From positions 38,316,001 to 38,380,000 of the forward strand of contig CM059446.1 in the NCBI GenBank assembly GCA_030390025.1: a stretch of DNA of 64,000 nt, given 5' to 3'. The stretch is from Squalus acanthias (Eukaryota). Shown piece after piece: positions 12,300 to 23,154 of the stretch; position 1 is the stretch's first letter, and every line of letters starts with the position of its first letter. The notes beneath the pieces are model-generated. The model saw only the letters and a program-made list of their open reading frames with translations. It did not search any database and was not told the DNA's origin. The translations under genes and the position numbers were made by a program.

Positions 12300-13190
12300 G
12301 AATGTCACCCTAACCCTTACCCTTACCCTTATCCTCGCCCTCTTCTTATGGCCTGCCTTGCAGCTGTTCATCTCTTCCAAGTACGTTGCTATGACAATCT
12401 GTGCATTGTGCTACATACCACTATTATTCTGGTTCAGGCCTGTGTGTTAAGGCACTCCCAGAACAGTCAAAACATCTAAAATGTTTTAATAGTCCAAAGG
12501 TGTGCTCTATTATACTTCTTCTCCTACACTGAAAATGATCAAAATCTCTTTCCGGAGGGGTTAGAGGTTTCCTCAAGGGTCCCAACAGTCAAGTTTTGGG
12601 AGTCTATCATACAATCAATTTTCATTCCAGAATAGGTGTGGAACTCATGATCCCATTAAAAATGCATGTGTCATGGGCATTGCCGAGAAAGGGCGCATTT
12701 ACATGCATCATTTCATACCTCTGCTCACATACCCTCTGTACCTTAAGCAAACAGCAACCCTCTCTATTCACAAAAGACATGAATTGCAGTCAAGTGCAGA
12801 GATAGCTGCATGAGTACAATTAACACGACCACACATCTGAAAAATTGTGCCTGTTTCTGCAACTGTTGTTGCATGTTGCTTCTGAACTACCACCATATGA
12901 AGTGGCATGCTAAAATAGGGCATCCATTGCCTCTTTGATGCTGTGGTGAGCTGCGTATTAAAGAATTCTATTGATGTCTCCATCTGGTGCCTGGACGAAC
13001 CCAGGTTCACAGGTGTTTAGTGCAGTGGTAACTTAAGAGTGCCATTTGTATAATGTTTGTTGGCTGCAGATCTGCCTGCCAAAAGCTGACATACGCCAAA
13101 GATAGCATTCTTTCTGAGGCACAGCCGCCTCATAACTTGACCCCTGGTGAGGTCAAGGTAGCCGTCACGTGTGTGGTACTTTTGGTGTCT
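12300..13190 (-). pseudogene. Decayed PIF/Harbinger (HARBI1-family, DDE_Tnp_4) transposase
   Basis: Collinear minus-strand motifs across frameshifts: YLDLTRGQVMRRLCL, VTTALN, GRVNCTHAAI (cf. GAIDCTHV), FVNREG...VCEQ...FLGNAHDTCI (12661-12773), PLRKP...IIEHTFGLLK, FRCFDCSGSAL, IIVVCSTMH. Confidence 0.8.
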
Positions 13191-16100
13191 GCAGAGCTCC
13201 TTGTCCTGAGGGTCCACTTTATCTGCCGTTGGACCTCCCTGGCTATGGTCTCCTGGTATCCTCATCCGTCATCACGCCCTGCGACACCCATGTTACTGAA
13301 AGCCTCGTGTTGTCAATGTGTTCTTACGGGAAAGTTCAAACATCACAATACTTTTACGCAAACTCACAGATTTACTCCTTCTCAACACAGGTTTAGCCCA
13401 TGAGCTGTCGCTGACTCACAGAGTAAATTAAACCCTTAGTTGCTAAGCCTTAAACCATGCTGACTAGATGCAATGAGTCCCCAGCAAAACCAATTATGAG
13501 GTCTGGTTTTTTTTCAACTGTTGATTTATGGCTTTTTCCAAAGCTTCACATACAGAAAGAAACAAAAGTTATGAAGGTCTGATTAGCACATACATGAGTT
13601 ATTACACCATATCTGGCCTCTTTAAATAGAATTTTTATGCAATGGATACTTTGAGCAGAAACGTTTGAACACATTAACTGAGCATAAACATATGGATTGA
13701 ACAAAATGTTGGGGCCTAATTGGTCGGTGTTTAGTTATTAAACACAATACTTGCTAAATACACAATGCGTTCTTAATGCAATTCAGTGGTTAAGTCATAA
13801 TGGATTGAATTTACATTCCCTGTAATGTCCCAAATAAGTACTAATATTTAGAGATGACACAATTTTTTTTAGATCTAGAAACACAGGAATATTTCATTAA
13901 AATCTAATCCTTTAAGTGGAGTAATAAAGTATGTTCAGATAAGGGGCATGTCCCTCTCCTGTCTGTGCTCCAAACCTTCTGTCTGTTTTTCTATTTAGCC
14001 ATTGTAAGTAGCTGCATCAAACAGATGTTTGGAAATGGACACAGTTATCTTATATGTCTTTCAGCTGTAGTCCCACCACCCAAACTGGGCACTGGGGATT
14101 AGGACCACCACCATTACCAAAGTCTGAAAAACGATTATGGCACCGTACTCCTTCCTCTTCTCATAAATCTAATTAACAATTACAGCAATTATGTAGAACC
14201 CTTATGCATTTTAGGTTAAAAATGTCAATACCCTTAATAACGTGTTAATGAAATGACACCAGCAAGGCACCCCGAGACGTAAGCACGAAATATTAAAATA
14301 TCCTGCTGTGGTTGCCAGCGATAAGTCCCTGGCAGATCTTAACTAGTAAATCTCTGTTGAATTTTCCAGCATCTTCTGGCAATATCAGCTTCAAAGCGCT
14401 GTAAAGATTCACTGCGAGAAATATTGTTGCCATTATGAGTGCATCAAAGTGCCAATCACCGTGTTTATATGCATTGGATATGCTGATGCATTCCTCAATT
14501 CTCTGTACCTTTACTGCACTAAAATTCCATATAAACAAACACTCAACAGTTCTGCTCAGATTTTACTGCTGCTAGTTGACGTGCTGTATAATATTGGAGC
14601 GCTATCTGCAGCACATACAAGCACTCTCACAGGCCACTGACAATGTGTCTTATACATGCGTGTGTGCACACTCTCACTCGCACATACTCACACATACAAG
14701 CACACCCAGTCATTTCAAAACTGCTGCTTCCTTCAGTGAAGTTCAACGGTACTTAAAATGGGCGCATATATTATAATGAAGAAGCATTTGGTTTATAAAC
14801 TAAATATAAATAGGATAAATTAAATCATGTTTGTTCTTGAACTGCAAATATGATGCCTGGGTCCTTAATGAAATTTTGGTATCACGTCCAAAAATATACA
14901 ATATGCTTAACAAAAAATAGAATCCTGTGCCTTGTACTTCTAATTAGTCTACACAACCTGTAATTTTTTAGTGCCTTACTTTTGAATAATTTAAGCAGTG
15001 TTTGCATTTCTCATGTGTAAAGCTAAATCTGCTTCACACGTTTCATGCCAACCTGATTGATTATTGACTTACTAATCAATCACCGTTTATTAATGCTGCA
15101 CTGTAATAGTATGAAGGCATTCGATACAACAACCCAAAATACATTACATTTGCCAACGCTAGATAGTGGTCATGGAAAAATGAGTGTTTTGTGAGTGGCA
15201 CAGTCTGATAAAACTGGTGAAGAGCTCCTGCATAAATCCATCAGGGAAAGAAAAATGAAAGCCCTGCTAGAGATGAGAGGGTGAAGGGTCCATTGAAAAT
15301 CAGAGAGATTACCAGCTCATCACATTATTTGTGGGTTATCAGGAGACAGTGGTAATGAAAGTGAAAGCTATCTTCTGATCAATAAGAGTTTGACTGTGTT
15401 TGGAGTTCATTTTCCCCTGCCGAGAAAGGCAGCAAGGAGCTATTGATCATTTTGTTAATCCATAACTGGTCTCAGCCTCCCCTCGTGGACAAGGAGGAAA
15501 AAATAACATAATAGCCAGATGCACTTGATCTTTTATTTTTTGCTGTGAGAATGTGGTCTGATGAGACTCGGTGGCAAAGGTGGAGTCCTGAATTTAAAGG
15601 CGGGGAGGTGACTGTTTGGCCTTCTCTGAAGTGCTTTTGTAGTAAGGGTTAGAATCTCTTCATCAGGATGTCTATAGTGGTGTTAGTGGATAACGCCATT
15701 ATTAATTGTGCCTGCTTGTACAATGTCAGCTGGCAGCAGAGATTGAGACAGATGAGGTCTTAGGAGTCAGTGACTCAGGCTGGCGAGTGCAGGCTTCTAA
15801 CCTCCCATCACTTAACAGTGCAGGTGCACTATTTCACATCCATCAGCATTTAATGTTTTAAGATTTAATCAGTGGTGCTTGAAGGAAAACACGGCATTAG
15901 AATAGCCCTCAACTGTAAATCAAAATTGAGGGTTTTCATAAATTCTTCTGACTAGAATGGAACATTTAAAGAACACTGCTTTTACATAACCCATGTATAT
16001 TTATTACAGAATAATAAAACTGTCAGTTAAAACGCTGAAGTAGATAGTAAAAATATATTTTTCTCTAGTAGCAATCCATCTCTTCATGATTATGTATTTA

Positions 16101-16686
16101 TTCATCACTCTGTTCCTTCATCTGATTCATAAATTTCAATCATTTCTTTTCTGTCCTTTCTTTATTACTTTACTCCTTTATTTTTATCCAGTCCTTCCAA
16201 TTAATTAGACTTTTTTTTTTAACTCCTGGATGCAGCATATTGTACCTAAATACATTCAAAAGGTAAAGGCATAGAAAGAGAAAAAAATTAAAAAATAACA
16301 GTGCTGTATTGCTACCCATTAATGGAAAACTCTCAGCCGTTAGTAAATGGTAATGCCTGCCTTATATTGGAAGTTTATTCAGTATTCTATGATTCATCAC
16401 TACAATCAGACGGCAAGCGTTTATAAAGAGCAGCATACAGGTTGTATATCTGCTATTGTTGAAATTGTTTTTAAAGGCCTCACAAACAGTGCTGCCCTCT
16501 ATCACTGTTCCTGTTTATTCCTACCCTATAACCCTTGATGATTATGATCAGCAACTGCATCATCTCAAAGGATCGTAAAATCTCCCTGGATTATATTTTA
16601 CTGTCCTTGTCCAACGTGGAGAAACCACACAGCATATATTAACTGCAATGGAAGATTTTAACATTTGTTTGGCTTTAAAACACACT

Positions 16687-17007
16687 GGTGTAGATCTTGA
16701 CTTTGTGCTATAGTGTAACATAGAAACATAGAAAAATAGGAGCAGGAGTAGGCCATTCGGCCCTTCGAGCCTGCTCCACCAATCAATATGATCATGGCTG
16801 ATCCTCTATCTCAATACCATATTCCCGCTCTCTCCCCATACTCCTTGACGCTGGGTGATAGCGAGTCGGCAGCCCATTTTATATCTCTCCCAATTTTTAT
16901 TTCCGCTGAAGTCAACGGAAATAAAAATCGGGCCAGATGTAAAACGGGCTGCCAACTCGCTGTTGCCCGTTTTACACTATCTATCGCACAAAGTCAAGAT
17001 CTAGCCC
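16687..17007. mobile_element. Fold-back MITE (3-bp TSD ACT) interrupted by a CR1 fragment
   Basis: TAGATCTTGACTTTGTGC pairs with GCACAAAGTCAAGATCTA. Inner arms CCAATTTTTATTTCCG and CGGAAATAAAAATCGG. ACT at 16684-16686 and 17008-17010. Confidence 0.8.
16717..16848 (-). mobile_element. CR1/HER1-type LINE 3' end
   Basis: (AACATAGA)n tail, then GGAGCAGGAGTAGGCCATTCGGCCCTTCGAGCCTGCTCC and ATCATGGCTGATC. Matches the 33090-33180 terminus in reverse. Confidence 0.85.
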
Positions 17008-17011
17008 ACTT

Positions 17012-17490
17012 CAACAACAGTTTGCACTTACGGGACATTTCCTGTATCAAAACATCCCACGGCACTTTACAGAAGGAGCAATGGGCACCATGCAGGAAGT
17101 AGGAGTGAAGTTAGGGGAAGGGACTGAAGGTACAGTCAAAGAGGTACATTTTCTGGAGGCTTTTGAAGGTTGCAAGGCAGAGAGGTTTAGGGAGATAGTT
17201 CCAGAGTGCCAGGCTGTGGTGACTGAAGCCTGTAGAAGATGGGGAGATGTACACCAGAGTGAAAAGCGTGCTGGAACATTGGGCTAGACAGACTGCAGTC
17301 TTTAGTACAACAAGGGCATGGAGGGATTTATAGGCGAGGATAAGGATTTTGAAATCAATGTGCTGATGAACAGTGAGTCACTGGAGGTCCATAGGGTCAG
17401 GGATGATGTGTGTACAGTACATTGTGAGGGATAGGATGCAAACCACAGAGTTCTGGATGAGTTGGAGTTGCATTAGAGCAAGTCAGCAAC
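17012..17490 (-). mobile_element. Old L2-like LINE 3' fragment
   Basis: Degenerate tail (ACATCCCACGGCACTTTACA) related to the DeuSINE tail, followed by purine-rich GGGAGATAGTTCCAGAG sequence typical of reversed L2 ORF2 ends. Confidence 0.5.
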
Positions 17491-19739
17491 CGTATTAATG
17501 TCTGAGGATGTTTTCCCTCCAGCCAGTATCTTTCTCTATCCTCCATTAACCAGTAGGAAATCTGAGATATTTGGGCATGTTGATTAGTGCAGACCTGGGA
17601 CAAGTAGTGTGCAGGATCTTCCATAACTGATCTGACCAATTAATATTTGCTTGATAGTTCCAGAAAATTAATTGATTAGAGGTTTTATTTGAGATTGAAA
17701 GAGGTTTCATACTAAATCCAGCAGTGGATTGGCGCTGCCTAATTCCAGTATTTATTTTGCACTATATTAAATAAGGCCTCTTATTCAGTGGTTCCATCCT
17801 AGCTGTCTGCTAACCAAATGAAATTTGCTTAGAAATGTGAAATTATAGGGCTGGTTTTCTTCTCAGGACATAGTGGCGATGGACCTTGAAGTGCACATGT
17901 GCACCTTGTCAAAAGCACAAGATTCCGTGGCTCTCTGGTGCAGGAGCAGATTTAAAGGGCAGCCGCTCTGCCTTAAAGGGGCAGTGTCAATTCCAGCAGT
18001 GCAAGAGGCTGCATCTGCTGCCAGAGGCTGGGATGGACTGCCCCTTTTACCAAGCGAATCCTGAAGGTAATGCTGAGGCAGTTGCTCCACTTTCTGCCTC
18101 AACTTCACCTTCTGGAGTCTCTTGGTAAAAGGGACAGTTCTACCAAGCCTCTGGCAGCTGGCAACTGCTGACACCAGAATTGCCGGGGCCTGGCCTCTTT
18201 CTGAGCCCCTGCATTATGCATTTGAGTCGGAGTGGCTGAGTGGCATGGAGAGTCACCCTGAGAGCCAGCTGCCTGACCTCTGCTGACTCCGGTCATGCCC
18301 TGCTGCTGGCCAATATCTCTGCATATGCTGTGATCCATGTGGGAGCAGACCACAGGACTGCAATGAGGTAACTGAAGCTCCACATCAGCGTGTTGTCCAA
18401 CCATTTGCCCAGCATGGTGTGTCCAGACAGGACTGATTTATGGACATTGGAGCATCTCTACAGCATCAGTAAGCACATCCCCAAGAGAACATACAGCTGT
18501 GCCGAGGACCTTTTTGAAGGGGGCAGATGGTCCAGGAGATGCCCCGTGCACTCTCTCAAATGTCTCCATGAATTCATGGTGATCAAAAAGCAGCATTCTT
18601 TTGTTAGCCAGTACTGTATGGCACCAATGCCAAACCCCTATAACTGAGAATGGCCTGGAGCAGTCCTTTTGATCAACTCCATTCTGCTCCTTTGCTGCCA
18701 GTGGCACTTACTCCTCGTCACTCATGCTGTGTGTTTCACCTGGTACTCCTTGCTCTCGATCTAACTCTAAATCTGAATCCCCATAGTGTGGATGTTCCTG
18801 TGTTGATGTTTGTTGCTCTGTGTTCTGAGGTGGTAGGATCAGCACCCTTGAGCATGCAGAATTCCATTCCTTGGGGACATTTAGCATAGTAACAACAGGA
18901 ACAAACCTTAAACTTACATCGGTAACACACTCCTTGAAATAAATGTCAAGACGTGTTAAATCTGTGATTGATGGAGTGCCCGAGTGTGTGAAAGATTAGG
19001 GAGGGGAAGAAAAAAATCTGCAATGATTGGTACTAGACTGGAGATGTATAAGGCATCTTGTATGACCCCCTCCAATGGCTCCACTGATTTTAGGCCAATG
19101 ATTTGAAGGTTAAAAGGGCATCAGATTGGGAAGGTAGACCATTGGTGGTTGCTCACCTCTCCCTTCTATTATAGGCTTCTTTTTCCTGCAAGTAGGACCA
19201 GATTGCTAAAGTGCTGCATGTTTGAAGAGTCCTGACACTGTTATGCAAGCGGTCACCATGTAGCCAACAACCTGATTCTGTGAGATACAACCTTCTAGTT
19301 GCCTGTTGGTGGAAACATTATCATGCCTGTTTCCTTGGAATCTGGAAGGTGTGCATTACAGGAATATGGACAGCCTTGCGATTATGAGAAAAAGACAAAA
19401 TAAAATGACTCCACAAACTAATGCGAACAGACAGAAAAAGGGTTATTAAAGTTACCAGCAATTCTTTTAACTGTTTCTTCTTTGAAGGGCACGGATGGTG
19501 AGTCTTTCATTAGGTTAGTACAGGAGAAAGGGCATATAAACTTGACCTGATCAGAAAGACTAGCTGTTAATGTTGAGGAAACAATTGTGCTTCATTTAAA
19601 CTACATATGGATGTGGAGAGGTTAAGTTTCTAAATATAGATAAACCGAGATTAGAGGGTGAAGATAGCAAAACAGAAAGTAATTATGGGATAAGCACAGA
19701 GAGTTAACTACCTAAGAAAAGACAAAGATTAGAATGAAC

Positions 19740-19900
19740 TACCTATATCCAAGTACTAGAAACATTCAATAATACTTGTGTCAGAGGCAAATCTAGCAGC
19801 AGACAATTATAATAACATACGGGAATATGGTTCACCCTGGAAGATGGGAATGAATTCAGTATGCAAGGATACAACATTTCCAGAAAATTAGAAAAAGCAA
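19740..19900 (+). mobile_element. Highly decayed CR1 endonuclease-region fragment
   Basis: GAATTCAGTATGCAAGGATACAACATTTCCAGA gives EFSMQGYNISR, resembling the CR1 ELNIQGY.IFR motif. Collinear with later CR1 pieces. Confidence 0.4.
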
Positions 19901-20014
19901 GTTTTACATATCAAAGGAGAGTTAGAGATTAAGAAACCAAAGTGATAACCTTGGGGAAGTCACAAAATCTGTCTTGAGTTAATAAACAGGGTAGAGAACG
20001 AGATCGGGGCAGGT

Positions 20015-20266
20015 AGAAAGAAAGAGCTTGCATTTATATAGCTCCTTTCATGACCTCAGGATGTCCCAAAGCGCTTTACAGCCAATTAAGTACTTTTGAA
20101 GTGTAATCATTGTTTAATGTACGAAATGCGGCAACCAATTTGCACACAGCAAGATCCCACAAACAGCAATGTGATAATGACCAGATCATTTGTTTTTAGT
20201 GATGTTGATTGAGGGATAAATATTGGCCAGGACACTGGGGATAACTCCTCTGCTCTTCTTCAAATA
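20015..20266 (-). mobile_element. DeuSINE, 3' part (split by the Penelope insertion)
   Basis: Reverse-complement SINE tail and core up to CTTCTTCAAATA. Continues in register at 23155. Confidence 0.88.
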
Positions 20267-20314
20267 TGAGAAGTCGCACAACACCAGGTTATAGTCCAAC
20301 AGATTTATTTAATT

Positions 20315-20353
20315 TTACAAGCTTTCGGAGCAGTTCGCTCCTTCGTCAGGTAA
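20315..20353 (-). ncRNA. Minimal hammerhead ribozyme (left arm copy)
   Basis: Reverse complement of 23025-23063. Confidence 0.78.
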
Positions 20354-20574
20354 GTTAGCAGTGAGAGAATCTCCCAGAATTCACAATTTGAACACAGACA
20401 AAATCTATTCACATCTTTCCCTACATCAAAGAGCACAGCCAAGACAATGAGATGTGTCCCAGGGGGTCCAACGTGTCAAACCACCTGCTGGCTGCATATC
20501 CTGTCAATTTGTGTAGGTTCTTGTGTTAGTCTTTTTAAAAAAAAACACCTGGGAAGACCGGCCATGATGTCAAG

Positions 20575-21609
20575 TCACGTTCTGTATCGTGACATGAACC
20601 CGATATCGCGATTGAGGCCATCCTCATGAGTGCGGAACTTGGCTATCAGTTTCTGCTCTATGATTTTGCGCTGTCGTGTATCTCGAAGGCTGCCTTGGAG
20701 AACGCTTACCCGCAGATCCGAGGCTGAATGCCCCTGGCTGCTGAAGTGTTCCCCGACTGGGAGGCAACCCTCCTGCCTGGCGATTGTTGCGCGGTGTCCG
20801 TTCATACGTTGTCTCAGTGTCTGCATGGTCTCGCCGATGTACCATGCTCTGGAGCATCCTTTACTGCAACGTATCAGGTAGACAACGTTGGCCGAGTCAC
20901 ATGAGTATGTACCGTGTACCTGGTGGGTAGTGTCCTCACGTGTGATGATGGTATCTCTGTCCATGATTTGGCATGTCTTGCAGAGGTTGCCATGGCAGGG
21001 TTGTGTGGTGTCTTGGTTGCTGTTCTCCTGAAAGATGGGTAATCTGCTGCGAACGATGGTACTTTTGAGGTTAGGCGGCTGCTTGAAGGCGAGTAGTGGA
21101 GGCGTGGGGATGGCCTTAGCAAGGTGTTCGTCATCATCGATGACATGTTGAAGGCTGCGAAGAACATGGCATAGTTTTTCCGCTCCGGGGAAGTACTGGA
21201 CGACGTAGGGTACTCTGTTGGTTGTGTCCCGTGTTCGTCTTCTGAGGAGGTCTATGCGGTTTTTCGCTGTGGCCCGTCGGAACTGTCGATCGACGAGTCG
21301 AGCGTCATATCCCGTTCTTACGAGGGCGTCTTTCAGTGTCCGTAGGTGTCCATCGCGTTCCACCTCGTCTGAACAGATCCTGTGTATTCGCAGGGCTTGT
21401 CCATAGGGGATGGCTTCTTTAACGTGGTTAGGGTGGAAGCTGGAGAAGTGGAGCATCGTGAGGTTGTCCGTGGGCTTGCGGTAGAGTGAAGTGCTGAGGC
21501 GTCCGTCTTTGATGGAGATTCGTGTGTCCAAGAATGAAACCGATTCTGAGGAGTAGTCCATGGTGAATTTGATGGTGGGATGGAACCTGTTGATGCTATC
21601 GTGTAGTCC
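20575..21609 (-). CDS. Inverted, 5'-truncated PLE ORF: RT C-terminal part + GIY-YIG endonuclease
   Basis: Open frame (within ORF 20575-21633) identical to the plus copy except KFT/KLT and EVE/EEE. Lacks the YIDD motif. Confidence 0.85.
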   Translation of the reverse strand, partial: GLHDSINRFHPTIKFTMDYSSESVSFLDTRISIKDGRLSTSLYRKPTDNLTMLHFSSFHPNHVKEAIPYGQALRIHRICSDEVERDGHLRTLKDALVRTGYDARLVDRQFRRATAKNRIDLLRRRTRDTTNRVPYVVQYFPGAEKLCHVLRSLQHVIDDDEHLAKAIPTPPLLAFKQPPNLKSTIVRSRLPIFQENSNQDTTQPCHGNLCKTCQIMDRDTIITREDTTHQVHGTYSCDSANVVYLIRCSKGCSRAWYIGETMQTLRQRMNGHRATIARQEGCLPVGEHFSSQGHSASDLRVSVLQGSLRDTRQRKIIEQKLIAKFRTHEDGLNRDIGFMSRYRT

Positions 21610-21614
21610 AAATC

Positions 21615-22802
21615 GTGGGGACCAAATTCGCACCCCAATACGCCAACATCTTCATGCACAAGTTCGAGCAAGACTTCTTCGCTGCACAGGACCTCCAACC
21701 AACGCTATACACCAGATACATCGACGACATCTTCTTCCTTTGGACCCACGGCGAAGGATCACTGAAAGGACTACACGATAGCATCAACAGGTTCCATCCC
21801 ACCATCAAACTCACCATGGACTACTCCTCAGAATCGGTTTCATTCTTGGACACACGAATCTCCATCAAAGACGGACGCCTCAGCACTTCACTCTACCGCA
21901 AGCCCACGGACAACCTCACGATGCTCCACTTCTCCAGCTTCCACCCTAACCACGTTAAAGAAGCCATCCCCTATGGACAAGCCCTGCGAATACACAGGAT
22001 CTGCTCAGACGAGGAGGAACGTGATGGACACCTACGGACACTGAAAGACGCCCTCGTAAGAACGGGATATGACGCTCGACTCGTCGATCGACAGTTCCGA
22101 CGGGCCACAGCAAAAAACCGCATAGACCTCCTCAGAAGACGAACACGGGACACAACCAACAGAGTACCCTACGTCGTCCAGTACTTCCCCGGAGCGGAAA
22201 AACTATGCCATGTTCTTCGCAGCCTTCAACATGTCATCGATGATGACGAACACCTTGCTAAGGCCATCCCCACGCCTCCACTACTCGCCTTCAAGCAGCC
22301 GCCTAACCTCAAAAGTACCATCGTTCGCAGCAGATTACCCATCTTTCAGGAGAACAGCAACCAAGACACCACACAACCCTGCCATGGCAACCTCTGCAAG
22401 ACATGCCAAATCATGGACAGAGATACCATCATCACACGTGAGGACACTACCCACCAGGTACACGGTACATACTCATGTGACTCGGCCAACGTTGTCTACC
22501 TGATACGTTGCAGTAAAGGATGCTCCAGAGCATGGTACATCGGCGAGACCATGCAGACACTGAGACAACGTATGAACGGACACCGCGCAACAATCGCCAG
22601 GCAGGAGGGTTGCCTCCCAGTCGGGGAACACTTCAGCAGCCAGGGGCATTCAGCCTCGGATCTGCGGGTAAGCGTTCTCCAAGGCAGCCTTCGAGATACA
22701 CGACAGCGCAAAATCATAGAGCAGAAACTGATAGCCAAGTTCCGCACTCATGAGGATGGCCTCAATCGCGATATCGGGTTCATGTCACGATACAGAACGT
22801 GA
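21615..22802 (+). CDS. 5'-truncated PLE ORF: RT (motifs B-E, thumb) + Cys linker + GIY-YIG endonuclease
   Basis: 395 aa: GTKFAPQYANIFM, RYIDDIF, FLD, YRKPT, linker CHGNLCKTC (Neptune-type), VVYLIRC...WYIGET...LRQRMNGH, IEQKLI, GLN. No stops, but the N-terminal RT motifs are absent. Confidence 0.92.
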   Translation: MGTKFAPQYANIFMHKFEQDFFAAQDLQPTLYTRYIDDIFFLWTHGEGSLKGLHDSINRFHPTIKLTMDYSSESVSFLDTRISIKDGRLSTSLYRKPTDNLTMLHFSSFHPNHVKEAIPYGQALRIHRICSDEEERDGHLRTLKDALVRTGYDARLVDRQFRRATAKNRIDLLRRRTRDTTNRVPYVVQYFPGAEKLCHVLRSLQHVIDDDEHLAKAIPTPPLLAFKQPPNLKSTIVRSRLPIFQENSNQDTTQPCHGNLCKTCQIMDRDTIITREDTTHQVHGTYSCDSANVVYLIRCSKGCSRAWYIGETMQTLRQRMNGHRATIARQEGCLPVGEHFSSQGHSASDLRVSVLQGSLRDTRQRKIIEQKLIAKFRTHEDGLNRDIGFMSRYRT

Positions 22803-23024
22803 CTTGACATCATGGCCGGTCTTCCCAGGTGTTTTTTTTTTAAAAAGACTAACACAAGAACCTACACAAATTGACAGGATATGCAGCCAGCAGGTCGTTT
22901 GACACGTTGGACCCCCTGGGACACATCTCATTGTCTTGGCTGTGCTCTTTGATGTAGGGAAAGATGTGAATAGATTTTGTCTGTGTTCAAATTGTGAATT
23001 CTGGGAGATTCTCTCACTGCTAAC

Positions 23025-23063
23025 TTACCTGACGAAGGAGCGAACTGCTCCGAAAGCTTGTAA
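23025..23063 (+). ncRNA. Minimal hammerhead ribozyme in the PLE 3' region
   Basis: UUAC-CUGACGA-A-GGAGC-GAACU-GCUCC-GAAA-GC-UU-GUAA: stem I UUAC/GUAA, perfect 5-bp stem II, AGCU palindrome. Predicted cut after 23059. AATAAA follows at 23069-23074. Confidence 0.8.
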
Positions 23064-23154
23064 AATTAAATAAATCTGTTGGACTATAACCTGGTGTTGT
23101 GCGACTTCTCATTTTTGTCCACCCCAGTCCAACGCCGGCATCTCCACATCATGA

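Larger units (their letters stand above)
20267..23154. mobile_element. Palindromic Penelope-like element (Neptune-type, family 1)
   Basis: Inverted arms 20267-21609 and 21768-23111 (~1.34 kb, about 7 differences by eye), 158-bp spacer, 43-nt unpaired tail 23112-23154, 12-bp TSD CTTCTTCAAATA at 20255-20266 and 23155-23166. Confidence 0.95.

Noticed and set aside
12307-12335. Interstitial telomere-like repeat (CCCTAA/CCCTTA)
   Set aside because: Only one true CCCTAA unit. It lies in the low-complexity tail of the Harbinger fossil.
21615-22802. Autonomous element, domesticated host gene, or bacterial retron/group II intron RT
   Set aside because: RT is 5'-truncated (starts at motif B, GTG at the junction). 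RT fused to GIY-YIG with a hammerhead and TSD defines a Penelope-like element.
20267-23111. DNA transposon with long TIRs
   Set aside because: The inverted repeats are copies of the retroelement ORF and 3' region, are asymmetric (tail on one side only) and enclose no transposase.
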